Source: Pseudomonadota bacterium (GTDB lineage Bacteria; Myxococcota; JACRCW01; JAFGSX01). From it: DNA of 64,000 nt. Numbering within the stretch: the stretch's first letter is position 1; the number at the start of each line of letters is the position of its first letter. Below, piece after piece: positions 9,775 through 19,461 of this stretch. Position numbers and translations under genes: made by a program. The notes under the pieces are model-generated. The model had not been told where the DNA came from. It was given only the letters and a program-made list of their open reading frames with translations, and did not search any database. Location of the stretch: positions 113,523 to 177,522 of the forward strand of contig JBDRCO010000043.1 of NCBI GenBank assembly GCA_043821645.1. Direction: 5' to 3'.

Positions 9775-11427
9775 CTATTCAGGGGGTGTGAACTCCTCGC
9801 TGACTCGTTCCTCGTCGAGGCGGCGACGGATCTCCTCGGGTCCAAGCTCGCGCAGCGCACCAACCTGGCCCGCGAAGCTGGTGTCGAGTGTCAGCGTGGC
9901 CAGCTCCTCCTCGATCTGCTGCACCCGCGGTGCATGCTGGGCCACACCCTCGACCTGGGCCACGGTCTCACCCAGGGCCGCCAGGTAGGCGCGCGCCGTC
10001 CGCGCTCGCGCCGCCACCGCGTCGGACAGCTTGCGCAGCTCGGCCTCCACATCCCCACCCTGGGTCAGCTGGTCCGCCAGGCTGCGCAACCGCCCGGCGA
10101 TATCGACCAGCAGCTGAGGCAGGGGACCCAGGGCGCCGCTGCGCTTGCGCAGCTGATCCACCGTCGCCTCGCGTTCCACGGCGTCGTCGTGCAGGTCCCG
10201 GGTGCCTCGCGCGTGGCTGCGAAGGCGCAGGGCGCGTTGCTCGAAGCTCTCGATCAGGTGATTCAGCTCCAGGGCCAGGGCGGCAGAGCTGTCCTGTCCA
10301 GGCACGGCGCGCGCCGACAGATCGCCGGTGGCCGCGCGCTGGCACACCTCACACAGGGCACCGACGGACGCCTGCAAGCTCTGGTTTGCCTGCTGCTGCT
10401 GCGCCTGCTGGGCCGCCGCATCGAAGGCTCGGCCGACCAGCTCGTCGACGGAGGCAAGCTCCAGCGGTAGCGTGACGGTGGCGTCGAGGCTGTGCCCGGC
10501 GGCGCGCTGCGCGGTGCGCGCGAGCAGGAGCCCGAGGCTGCTCCGCAGGCGGCGTCCACTGCCCAGCCACAGCAGCAGCAGGGCGAGGAGAGGAGCCGTT
10601 GTCGTGGCGGCCACCAGCGTGAACCACTGCCGGCGAGCCCGCGCAGCGTCCTCGCGGGCGCGGTCGAGGGCCAGCCCCCGTGCCTCCACGAGCTCCTGCT
10701 GATGCTGGGCGCGCTTCGCCGCTCCGGCCACCGCGTCCTCGACCAGCAAGGGCGCGGTGAACAGCACGGCCACGCGCAGGCCGTCGGCCCGGGCGGTGGA
10801 CAGAGCGGCCACGCGCGAGGAAGGGAGGGCTTGCCCCTGCACCAGTGCGCTGACCACCGAGGTCAGAGCCGGCGCATCCGCAGCCAGCTCCCCGGCGCTG
10901 AACACGATGTGGTCCTTGGCGTCGACGACGACGGCCTGCAAGGGCGGGCCCTGTCCGTCGACCACGGCGCGAACACGGTCCCTGAGCCGGGCCAGGTTGT
11001 CGACCTCGCGCGCAGCCTGCTCGTCGCCACCTTCGGCCAGGACCACCAGGGGCGGCGCCGCAAGCTGCCCGGCCAGAGCACTGGCCAGGGTGCTGGTCAT
11101 GCGCGCGCCTTCGTCGCCACTGCGGTGCAAGGCGGCCAGCAGGTCGTCGGTCAGCGTCACCACGCTCTGTGGCGCCTCCGTCGGTGCGAGTTCGCCCGGA
11201 GGCGCCAGCCACCACAGCGTTGACACCACGGTGAGAGACACCACCCCGAGCAGCGCCGAGGCCAACCACAGGCCGGCACCCAGCGAGGTGCCACGCCGCA
11301 GGCGCCGGTCCGCGCGCCAGCCTGCACTGGGCGTGGGCGGCGTGATCATGGGCACGGTAGTGTCCACGTCGACGATGTCCTCGACAGCGCCCTCAAGGTC
11401 GTTCTCGTGCTTGTCCTGGTCGCTCAT
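9775..11427 (-). CDS. Membrane protein: two TM helices, periplasmic region, HAMP-like and coiled-coil cytoplasmic part (chemoreceptor-like, no conserved signalling tip)
   Basis: Two hydrophobic segments; GDLSARA...LALELNHLIESF HAMP-like; long heptad region. Confidence 0.55.
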   Translation of the reverse strand: MSDQDKHENDLEGAVEDIVDVDTTVPMITPPTPSAGWRADRRLRRGTSLGAGLWLASALLGVVSLTVVSTLWWLAPPGELAPTEAPQSVVTLTDDLLAALHRSGDEGARMTSTLASALAGQLAAPPLVVLAEGGDEQAAREVDNLARLRDRVRAVVDGQGPPLQAVVVDAKDHIVFSAGELAADAPALTSVVSALVQGQALPSSRVAALSTARADGLRVAVLFTAPLLVEDAVAGAAKRAQHQQELVEARGLALDRAREDAARARRQWFTLVAATTTAPLLALLLLWLGSGRRLRSSLGLLLARTAQRAAGHSLDATVTLPLELASVDELVGRAFDAAAQQAQQQQANQSLQASVGALCEVCQRAATGDLSARAVPGQDSSAALALELNHLIESFEQRALRLRSHARGTRDLHDDAVEREATVDQLRKRSGALGPLPQLLVDIAGRLRSLADQLTQGGDVEAELRKLSDAVAARARTARAYLAALGETVAQVEGVAQHAPRVQQIEEELATLTLDTSFAGQVGALRELGPEEIRRRLDEERVSEEFTPPE

Positions 11428-11620
11428 GGCAGGTGCACTGTAGCGTCAAAGGAATCGCCCGTCACGTGGCGCCCGAGCGGCGCGTGCGGGTGCGGATGGC
11501 CTGATCCGGCCAGCGCGCTACACTGCGCCCGCGGCCACACGCTGCGAATCAGGACCTGTGGCCGGGGCGAGACGGCGGGCTGTGTGGTCCCACCCCGGCG
11601 ACAACGAGCAGGAGGAAGCC

Positions 11621-12988
11621 ATGCCGCTGGTCGTCGTCAATCCGGCCACCGATCAGGTGGTGCGCGAGCTGGACACCCTGACACCAACGCAGGTGACAAG
11701 GGCCATCGAGCTGGCCGGGCAGGCCTTCGAGCGCTGGCGTCGGACCGACTTCGACCAGCGCGCGAGCGTCCTGCGCACCGCCGCCGGGCTGCTCCGGCAG
11801 CGCAGCGAGGACCTGGCGCGCCTCATGGCCACCGAGATGGGCAAGGCCGTGCGCGACGGTCGCGCCGAGGTCGAGAAGTGCGCCTGGGTGTGCGAGTTCT
11901 ACGCCGACAACGCGCGCGACTTCCTGGCGCGGGAGCCGGTGGACATCGGTGGCGAGACCGCCTTTGTCAGCTACCAGCCGCTGGGGCCAGTTCTCGCGGT
12001 GATGCCCTGGAATTTTCCACTGTGGCAGGTGTTCCGCTTCGCGGCACCGGCGCTCATGGCGGGCAATGTGGGCCTACTCAAGCACGCCAGCAACGTCCCG
12101 GGCTGCGCCCTGGCCATCGAGGACGTGCTGCGCGACGCGGGCCTGCCCGCGCACTGCTTCACCAGCCTGCTCATCGGCAGTGCCGAGGTCGAGGCCGTGA
12201 TCGAGCACCCGGCCGTGCGCGCCGTGACCCTGACCGGATCCACCCCGGCAGGCCGGGCAGTGGCTGCCGCCGCGGGCCGCGCGCTCAAGAAGTCTGTGCT
12301 CGAGCTGGGCGGCTCGGACCCCTACCTGATCCTCGAGGATGCCAACATCGACGAGGCCGCCTCGATCTGTGCCGCGAGTCGGCTGACCAACGCCGGCCAG
12401 AGCTGCATCGCGGCCAAGCGCTTCATCGTGGTGGAGGCGGTGCGTCCGGCCTTCGAAAAAGCGCTGGTGGATCGCCTGGCAGCGGCGGTCATGGGCGATC
12501 CTCTCGACGACAAGACCATGTTCGGCCCCCAGGCGCGCCGCGATCTGCGCGACGAGCTACACGGCCAGGTGCTGCGCTCCATCGAGATGGGCGCGCGCAA
12601 GCTTCTGGGCTGCGAGGTGCCACCCGGACCCGGCGCCTTTTACCCGGCCTCGGCCCTGGGCGACGTGCGCAAAGGTATGCCCGCCTTCGACGAGGAGCTG
12701 TTCGGGCCCGTCGCAGCCATCGTCCCCGCCGCTGACGAGGCCGAGGCCATCGCCCTCGCCAACGACTCGGTGTACGGCCTGGGCGCGGCGGTGTTCACCC
12801 ACGACCGGGTGCGCGGTGAACGCATCGCCGAGCGGCAGCTCGACGCGGGATGCTGCTTTGTCAACGGCCTCGTGCGCTCGGATCCCCGGCTGCCCTTCGG
12901 TGGCATCAAGGAGAGCGGCTACGGGCGGGAACTCGGCCGCCACGGCATCCGCGAGTTCGTCAACACCAAGACCGTGGTGGTGGCCTGA
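11621..12988 (+). CDS. NAD(P)-dependent aldehyde dehydrogenase (succinate-semialdehyde dehydrogenase-like)
   Basis: GGAGG SD; VMPWNFPLWQ, LKHASNV, TGSTPAG, LELGGSDP, NAGQSCIA, EELFGP, PFGGIKESGYGRE. Confidence 0.92.
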   Translation: MPLVVVNPATDQVVRELDTLTPTQVTRAIELAGQAFERWRRTDFDQRASVLRTAAGLLRQRSEDLARLMATEMGKAVRDGRAEVEKCAWVCEFYADNARDFLAREPVDIGGETAFVSYQPLGPVLAVMPWNFPLWQVFRFAAPALMAGNVGLLKHASNVPGCALAIEDVLRDAGLPAHCFTSLLIGSAEVEAVIEHPAVRAVTLTGSTPAGRAVAAAAGRALKKSVLELGGSDPYLILEDANIDEAASICAASRLTNAGQSCIAAKRFIVVEAVRPAFEKALVDRLAAAVMGDPLDDKTMFGPQARRDLRDELHGQVLRSIEMGARKLLGCEVPPGPGAFYPASALGDVRKGMPAFDEELFGPVAAIVPAADEAEAIALANDSVYGLGAAVFTHDRVRGERIAERQLDAGCCFVNGLVRSDPRLPFGGIKESGYGRELGRHGIREFVNTKTVVVA

Positions 12989-13074
12989 ACCGCGGCACCT
13001 GCCATCCATGTTTTTTCGACAAGACCGGTCTGTTGTACCGATCCCCGGTCAGACCCTGCTGTGTCGAGGTCTTC

Positions 13075-16000
13075 ATGCGCCGTCTCCCCGTGCTCGTCCT
13101 GATCCTGCTGCCGCTCGCCATGGCGGGCTGCTCCCTGCCCCTGCTGTTCGACGCGCTGTCGGCGCGCATGGACGCGGAGGACAATCCGGGCCCCCGCGAG
13201 ATCGTGCGCGAGGAGTTCAACTACCGCTTCGTCAGCCCGGGGCTGCCCTACGTCGAGGTCAAGCCCGAGCACATCAACCCCGAGGCCTCGCTGGTGCTGA
13301 TGCGCACCCAGCCCACGGTGTTCTTCATGGTCATTGCCGAGCGCAGCTCGAACGAGAGCATGGGCAGCGAGGGGCTGACCGAGGTCGTGCGCGGCATGCT
13401 GAGGAGTCGCTTCCCGGACAGCACCCTTGGCGACGCGAGCGTTCGTACCGTCAACGGCATCGACGGTCAGCAGTTCGATGCCCGCCTGAGTATCGACGGG
13501 TCCCCCTTTGCCTACACCTACTGGGTGGCAGCGGCAGGAGGGAGCTTCGTGCAGCTCATCGCGTGGGCCCGGGAAGAGGAGAAGGCCACGCTCGGCCGAG
13601 AGGTCGACACCCTGCTCCCCGGCTTCCACTTGCTCGACCCCATGGCCGGAAGCGTGGCCCAGGGTCAAGCTTTTGGTCGCCATCAGTCCGCGCGCTTCGG
13701 CTACAGCGTCGATCTCACAGGGACCCCCTGGATGCTGTGGGATGACCTCGAAACCTCGGCCGCCGAGGCCGACTGCGGTGCCATACGCTCGCAGGGTGCA
13801 TTCTTGGTCATTCCCTTCGCCCACGACGACCCAAGGCCCGCGGTCCCGGCCCTGAGCGCGGCTCTGCTATCGTCCATGGGTATCGAGTTTCCGTCGCCGG
13901 ACGTGCAGGACGTGGGGCTGCTCAAGGTGCCGAGCGGTGCCTTCCGGCGCCTGCGCCACCAGCGCGAGATCGACGGCACGCGTTTTTCCTACACGCTCCA
14001 GATCGTCGAGGGTGAGCGTGTGAGCCTGCTGGTGGCGGTGTGGAGCGCGCGGGATCAGGCCCATGCGGATCAGCTCGCCGACGCTTTGATGCCAGCGCTT
14101 CACGTCGAGGAACCTGTCGACGAAGGCACGGCTTTACCCCCCCGACTGATCCACGCCCAGGCCACCCTGCGCAACGGCCTGGGTCTGTACCTGTTTCGCA
14201 CCGAGCAGTACGAGCGCGCGGCACGCGCCTTCGAGCAGGCCCTGGACCTCGTCCCCGATGAAGCGACCTACCTGACCAATGCCCTGGATGCCTTCAATCG
14301 CATGGGCGCTCACGCGCGTGCGGTGGAGCTCATCGCGACACATGCCGCGCCTCATGGCGGCTTGCCCGCTGTGCGCGCCTGGAAGGCCTGGCACCTCAAG
14401 CAGGCCGGCCGCCAGGCCGAGGCCCTCGAGACCTATCGCGAACTGTTCCGCGATGGTCACGGTGACGATGAGGACAGGCGCAGCTACGTGGACCTGCTGG
14501 AACAGGCTGGGCTGTGGGACGAGGCCACGGTCGTGCTCGCCGAGGCTGCTGAGCGCACCGGCAGCCTCGCCCTGCGGCTGGAACAGGCCCGGCTGTTGCA
14601 GCGTCGCGGCGATCACCCGGCGGCAGTGACCATGCTGCGCGAGCTGCGGACCTCGAACCCCGACGACGTGGAGCTGACCCTGGCGCTGGTGCAGTCGTAC
14701 CAGGAACTCGACCGGCCCGACGAGGTGCTGAGTCTGACCGACGCCCTGATCGCCCGCGACGTGGCAGCGGCCAGCCTGCACCAGGCGCGCGGCCTCGCCC
14801 TGGTGAGGCTGGAGCGCCTCCCCGAGGCCAAGCTCGCGCTCGAGCAGGCACTGGGCCTAGAGCCAGGCAATGCCCAGCTGCAGCATGAGCTGGAACTGGT
14901 CTCCGCGCAGCTGGGCGAGGGCGACAACAGCAGCCTCAAGGCGCGCATCGAAGCCCTCCCCGCACCGTCTGCGCTGCAGGCGCGCATGGACAGGCTGCGC
15001 AGCGAGCCGGGCATCGAGGGCTACGGAAGCACCTCTCTGTACCAGGTGCGGATCCGCCAGTTCCGTCCGGGCGAGCCTCTGCGACGTACCCTGTACCAGT
15101 GCGTGCGGGTTCGCGACGCAGCGGCCGCCGCCAGGCAGTCCACCCTGACCTTCGACTTCGATCCCCTGCGCGAGCAGATGCACGTCAACGCCCTCGAGGT
15201 GCGCGATGCCCATGATCGCGTCATCGCGCGCGGTGCACCGGACACCTACTACGTCGTGGATAAAAGCGGCGACGGACCGCAGACCCACGAGCGCACCCTT
15301 CACCTGCCCGTGCCGAAGCTGGCGCCGGGCCACACCGTGTGCTTGACCCTGAGCAGCCAGCACCTCGCGGCCGACGAGACCCTTCCCTTCGAGCGTGTGC
15401 TGCTGGCCGGACCCCAGCCCTCGCGGCTCAGCGCGCTGGTCTACCTGGTGGATCCCGCGCAACTGCGCAGCGCTCAGGCCAACCTGGAAGCGCCGCAGCC
15501 CGTCGCGGGAGGGCTGCTGTGGCAGATCGAGGACACGCCGGCCCTGGCCTGGGAACCCCAGGTACAGCAGGTCGAACGCTTCGCCCCCGTAGTGCACGTG
15601 GCCGACGCCCAGGCCACCTGGGCCAGCGAGGTCCAGGCCTACCTGCAGCGCATCGCACCAAGCCTGGAGGTCGAGCCCGGCGTGCGCGCCCTCGCCGACG
15701 ACACCGCGGGAACCGGGATCCGGGGCGATGCCCTGGTCGAGCGCCTGGCGCAGCAGGTGCGCCAGAGCACCACCTACAAGGCCATCGAGTTTGGCAGCCG
15801 CGGCCGGGACCCAGCCCGACCCTCGACCACGCTGGCCCGACGCTACGGTGACTGCAAGGACCACGCGGTGCTGCTGCGTGCCCTGCTGCGAGCCCGGGGC
15901 GTCGACGCTGAGCTGGCGCTGGTCAACACCGTGGCCAGCGTTCGCGAGGACTTGCCCTCGCTCGACCAGTTCAACCACATGGTCGTGTACGTGCCCGGTC

Positions 16001-16791
16001 GCGGGGGCGGCCGCTTCGTCGACACCACCGAGAAGAACATGCCCGTGCTGGTTGCGGCACCTCTGGGTCTGGCCGGGCGCCGCGCGCTGATCCTGACCAG
16101 GACCGCGCCCCGCTTCATCGCGGTCCCCAGCTACGCCCCGAGCGAGGCCCAGGTCCAGGTGCAGCGCCAGGTGGAACTTGGCGACGGGGACCTGCTCACG
16201 GTGCGCGAGAAGGTGCAGCTCGATGGAATCCCCGCGGCCTCGCTGCGCCACGCCCTGGCCGAGCTCGATGGCGCCGAGCACCTGCGCTGGGCGCAGGCCC
16301 TGATCGCCCGCCAGCTGCCCGGAGCCACCCTGCGATCTTTTTCGGTGCACAACCTCGAACAGCCCGAGCAAGGACTGAAGCTGGAGCTCGAGTACCTGCT
16401 TCAGGGCCGTGTGACCCGTGGCGAGAAGAAGGTACTGCGCGTGCGCACCGCGGATCCCTGGGCGCGCTACTTCCTGGTGGCCCCTGCTGTGCCACAGCGC
16501 CGCACTCCTTTCGAGACCTCGGTCCCGGTCCAGGTGTCGAGCACCACGACCTTACAGGCACCTGGTGGCTACAAGGTCGAGCGCGCCGAGCGCCAGCGCG
16601 ATACCCGCCGGGGGCCTTTTGGAAGCTGGAAGATCCAGCACAGTGCGAGCCCCGCCACGGCGTCGCTGAGCCTCAGCGCCCAGGTCACTGCTGGCCAGTT
16701 CGGCGCCGCGGACTACGCGTCCTATCGCGGGTTCTTCGACGACGCCCTGGTGGCGGTGGACCGCGAGTGGACCCTTCGCCCCACGCCCTGA
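13075..16791 (+). CDS. Large lipoprotein: N-terminal domains + TPR repeats + DUF3857/transglutaminase-like domain
   Basis: ATG 13075, LAMAGC lipobox; TPR helices; RRYGDCKDHAVLL / FNHMVVYV / FVDTT Cys-His-Asp triad. Confidence 0.8.
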   Translation: MRRLPVLVLILLPLAMAGCSLPLLFDALSARMDAEDNPGPREIVREEFNYRFVSPGLPYVEVKPEHINPEASLVLMRTQPTVFFMVIAERSSNESMGSEGLTEVVRGMLRSRFPDSTLGDASVRTVNGIDGQQFDARLSIDGSPFAYTYWVAAAGGSFVQLIAWAREEEKATLGREVDTLLPGFHLLDPMAGSVAQGQAFGRHQSARFGYSVDLTGTPWMLWDDLETSAAEADCGAIRSQGAFLVIPFAHDDPRPAVPALSAALLSSMGIEFPSPDVQDVGLLKVPSGAFRRLRHQREIDGTRFSYTLQIVEGERVSLLVAVWSARDQAHADQLADALMPALHVEEPVDEGTALPPRLIHAQATLRNGLGLYLFRTEQYERAARAFEQALDLVPDEATYLTNALDAFNRMGAHARAVELIATHAAPHGGLPAVRAWKAWHLKQAGRQAEALETYRELFRDGHGDDEDRRSYVDLLEQAGLWDEATVVLAEAAERTGSLALRLEQARLLQRRGDHPAAVTMLRELRTSNPDDVELTLALVQSYQELDRPDEVLSLTDALIARDVAAASLHQARGLALVRLERLPEAKLALEQALGLEPGNAQLQHELELVSAQLGEGDNSSLKARIEALPAPSALQARMDRLRSEPGIEGYGSTSLYQVRIRQFRPGEPLRRTLYQCVRVRDAAAAARQSTLTFDFDPLREQMHVNALEVRDAHDRVIARGAPDTYYVVDKSGDGPQTHERTLHLPVPKLAPGHTVCLTLSSQHLAADETLPFERVLLAGPQPSRLSALVYLVDPAQLRSAQANLEAPQPVAGGLLWQIEDTPALAWEPQVQQVERFAPVVHVADAQATWASEVQAYLQRIAPSLEVEPGVRALADDTAGTGIRGDALVERLAQQVRQSTTYKAIEFGSRGRDPARPSTTLARRYGDCKDHAVLLRALLRARGVDAELALVNTVASVREDLPSLDQFNHMVVYVPGRGGGRFVDTTEKNMPVLVAAPLGLAGRRALILTRTAPRFIAVPSYAPSEAQVQVQRQVELGDGDLLTVREKVQLDGIPAASLRHALAELDGAEHLRWAQALIARQLPGATLRSFSVHNLEQPEQGLKLELEYLLQGRVTRGEKKVLRVRTADPWARYFLVAPAVPQRRTPFETSVPVQVSSTTTLQAPGGYKVERAERQRDTRRGPFGSWKIQHSASPATASLSLSAQVTAGQFGAADYASYRGFFDDALVAVDREWTLRPTP

Positions 16792-16911
16792 CAGAAAAAT
16801 GAAACGCGCACCTGCGGTGTGCATGGGCCCTGGTTATATGAGGCTCGCCGCAGCGCCAGCCCACTTTGGGCGCGCCATCCCATGCCCGCGGCCCCACTCG
16901 AGGAGGACATC

Positions 16912-17508
16912 GTGACGCATCTCATCGGCAAGCAGGCTCCCAACTTCAAGGCTCCCGCCCTGATGCCGGACAACAGCTTCAAGGATGACTTCAAGCTCGA
17001 GGATCTACGTGGCAGGTACGTGGTGCTGTTCTTCTATCCTCTCGATTTCACCTTCGTCTGCCCCACCGAGATCCTGGAGTTCGATCGCAAGCTGGAACAG
17101 TTCAAGGAGCGCGGCACCGAGGTGGTCGGTGTCAGCGTGGACAGCAAGTTCAGTCACTGGGCCTGGAAGAACACTCCCGTCGATCAGGGAGGCATTGGCA
17201 ACATCCGCTACCCCCTGGTGGCGGACCTGAACAAGCAGATCGCCCGCGATTTCGGCGTGCTCCTCGACGACGCCGGCATCGCCCTGCGCGGCACCTTCCT
17301 CATCGATCAGAAGGGCGTGGTCAAGCACGCGACCCTCAACCATCCCGATCTCGGCCGCAACGTCGACGAGACCCTGCGCCTGGTGGACGCCTTGCAGCAC
17401 ACCGAGAAGTACGGGGAGGTGTGCCCGGCGAACTGGAACAAGGGCGACGACGCCATGAAGGCCACCGCCGAGGGCGTGGCCGGCTACCTCAAGAAGCACG
17501 GCAACTAG
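16912..17508 (+). CDS. ahpC: 2-Cys peroxiredoxin (AhpC/TSA)
   Basis: GAGGAGG SD + GTG; FYPLDFTFVCPTE and GEVCPANW. Confidence 0.93.
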   Translation: MTHLIGKQAPNFKAPALMPDNSFKDDFKLEDLRGRYVVLFFYPLDFTFVCPTEILEFDRKLEQFKERGTEVVGVSVDSKFSHWAWKNTPVDQGGIGNIRYPLVADLNKQIARDFGVLLDDAGIALRGTFLIDQKGVVKHATLNHPDLGRNVDETLRLVDALQHTEKYGEVCPANWNKGDDAMKATAEGVAGYLKKHGN

Positions 17509-17556
17509 CGCGCTCCCCCCTTCGTCGTCGAGAAGTTCGCCCCGGGTCCCCTCGGG

Positions 17557-19404
17557 TCAGTGGCCGCCCTTGCCCTTGGGCACCACCTTCCAGATGCGCA
17601 GCAGCAGCACGAAGCCGATGACCGCGAAGGGGAACAGAAACAGCGGCCATGACCACCAGCCCACGCGGGTGGTGAGGTAGCCGAGCATGAAGCTCTGGAA
17701 GCCGGTGCCCAGGTAGACGAAGCCATCGATCATGCCCACGGCGGTGGCCGCGCCCCGGCGCCCCCCGAAGTCCATGGTGGCGGTGCCGCTGAGCAGGCCG
17801 TGGGTGCCAATGACGCACAGGCTGACCAGGAACACGATGGCGCCCATCCACAGCGGGGACAGCGTGAGGTGGGGCCCCGCCTTGAGCGCGCGCGTGTCGC
17901 CGGCGCGCATGCTGGCCTGGGCATCCTGCAGGCGCAGCGTCAGCTCCTGTCCGGCGCGACGCACGGTGAGCGGGATGCTGCCGTCGCTCACCGCCCGGTC
18001 GAGAGCGGCCTTGCCGGGCTTGGTCTTGCACATGCACGCGTCCACGTCCCAGGTCGAGCCGTCCTTGCAGGTCGCGGGCAGGCACATCACCGCGCGACTG
18101 ACGTCCTTCCAGGTCTCGATCTTGTCGACGCCAGCGATGCTCAGGATCTCATCACCTACCTGCAGCTGGTCGAAACCCTCGACGGGTTTGAGTTCACTCC
18201 AGCCCACCTCGCGGGTGACGCCACCCAGGGTGAAGAACATCAAGATCGCGCTCACCGCACAGCCCAGATACAGGAAGCCCGCGGTGGGCGCGCGCCGGCT
18301 CTGGAAGAACAGGTCGCTGACCCAGCCCGCCACGTTGGCGCCGATGACCCCGGCGACGAAGAGGATGCCGCCCCAGCCACCGAGGATGAAGGGTCCGGTC
18401 ACGCACAGACCGGCCGAGGCGAAGGTCCAGCCGCGCTTGCTGCCACCCAGGCGGGACCCCACGACCACAAGCACCACCGCAGCGATGGCGCCGACGCCCA
18501 CCGCACTCCACATCGTCGCCATGTCGCCGCGCACCAGCAGGTGCGAGCTGGGCAAGCTGAGCACTTCCTTGGCGTAGATGGGGTACCAGTGCATGACGCC
18601 GTTGCGCAGCACGCCGGTGCAAAACTCGATGAAGGCCACGGTGAGGATGATGGGGTTGGTGAGGATGCGCTTGATGAGGTCCAGGGTCTTGACCTCGACG
18701 TTCTCCTCGCCGCTCGAGGCATCGCCCGTGTCGAAGTCCTGGAAGCCGGCAAGGCCCGGTCGGTCCTTGAGCAGGAACAGCTCGACCACGAACATGATGA
18801 AAAGGATCGCCGAGGGCACGTAGAAGACCCACTTGCTTGCCGCCACGCTGGTCGAGCCCTTGGCTGCGAAGTCCAGGATCCAGCCGTTGACGGTGAAGGC
18901 GAAGAAGATGCCACTCGAGATCATGGTGCCGAAGATGCCCGAGAAGCCGCCGCGCTCGCGCACGTGGAACCAGTGCGCGTTGACCTTGACGATGGCCACC
19001 GCGCCGTAGCTCTGGAAGTACATGTTGACGGCGTACAGCAGCGAGAAGTACAGCCGCAAGTTCGAGGTATCACCCCCGACGGCGCCGCCAACCAGCGCGC
19101 TGATGTACAGGCCCATGCACAGGTTGACGATGCCCGAGCCCAGGGAGCCGATGAGGATGGCGCGCTTGCCGCCAATCCTGTCGGTGAGCGGGCCGTTGAT
19201 CAGGAAAGCGAAGGCATAGGTCACGGTGCCCACGCCGAAGATGACCCCGAAGTCCTCCTTGGTCATCAGGTCGCCCAGGGCGTTCTTGGACACGGTCAGG
19301 TTGTAGCGCCCCATGTACAGGAACGCGTAGGTCAGACCGAGGGGGAACCAGTTGAGGAAGCGGCGGAGCTTGAACGCGGAGGAGTGCTGCGGCGCATCGG
19401 ACAT
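17557..19404 (-). CDS. MFS transporter, OPA (GlpT/UhpT/UhpC-like) family, with inserted PDZ-like domain
   Basis: YAFLYMGRYNL, GPLTDRIGGKR, FQSYG, WFHVRERG, LKDRP, GWVSD, ATAVGMIDGFVYLG; soluble insert of about 120 aa. Confidence 0.85.
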   Translation of the reverse strand: MSDAPQHSSAFKLRRFLNWFPLGLTYAFLYMGRYNLTVSKNALGDLMTKEDFGVIFGVGTVTYAFAFLINGPLTDRIGGKRAILIGSLGSGIVNLCMGLYISALVGGAVGGDTSNLRLYFSLLYAVNMYFQSYGAVAIVKVNAHWFHVRERGGFSGIFGTMISSGIFFAFTVNGWILDFAAKGSTSVAASKWVFYVPSAILFIMFVVELFLLKDRPGLAGFQDFDTGDASSGEENVEVKTLDLIKRILTNPIILTVAFIEFCTGVLRNGVMHWYPIYAKEVLSLPSSHLLVRGDMATMWSAVGVGAIAAVVLVVVGSRLGGSKRGWTFASAGLCVTGPFILGGWGGILFVAGVIGANVAGWVSDLFFQSRRAPTAGFLYLGCAVSAILMFFTLGGVTREVGWSELKPVEGFDQLQVGDEILSIAGVDKIETWKDVSRAVMCLPATCKDGSTWDVDACMCKTKPGKAALDRAVSDGSIPLTVRRAGQELTLRLQDAQASMRAGDTRALKAGPHLTLSPLWMGAIVFLVSLCVIGTHGLLSGTATMDFGGRRGAATAVGMIDGFVYLGTGFQSFMLGYLTTRVGWWSWPLFLFPFAVIGFVLLLRIWKVVPKGKGGH

Positions 19405-19461
19405 CGGGGACCTCCGGGAGTGATGCCCCTTCGTACGCTGAGCCTGCGCCCGTGACAAGTG

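Noticed and set aside
16792-16822. Hairpin GCGCACC-TGC-GGTGTGC with upstream A-tract as a terminator
   Set aside because: The U-tract would be on the - strand whereas both flanking genes are +; short stem, not supportable
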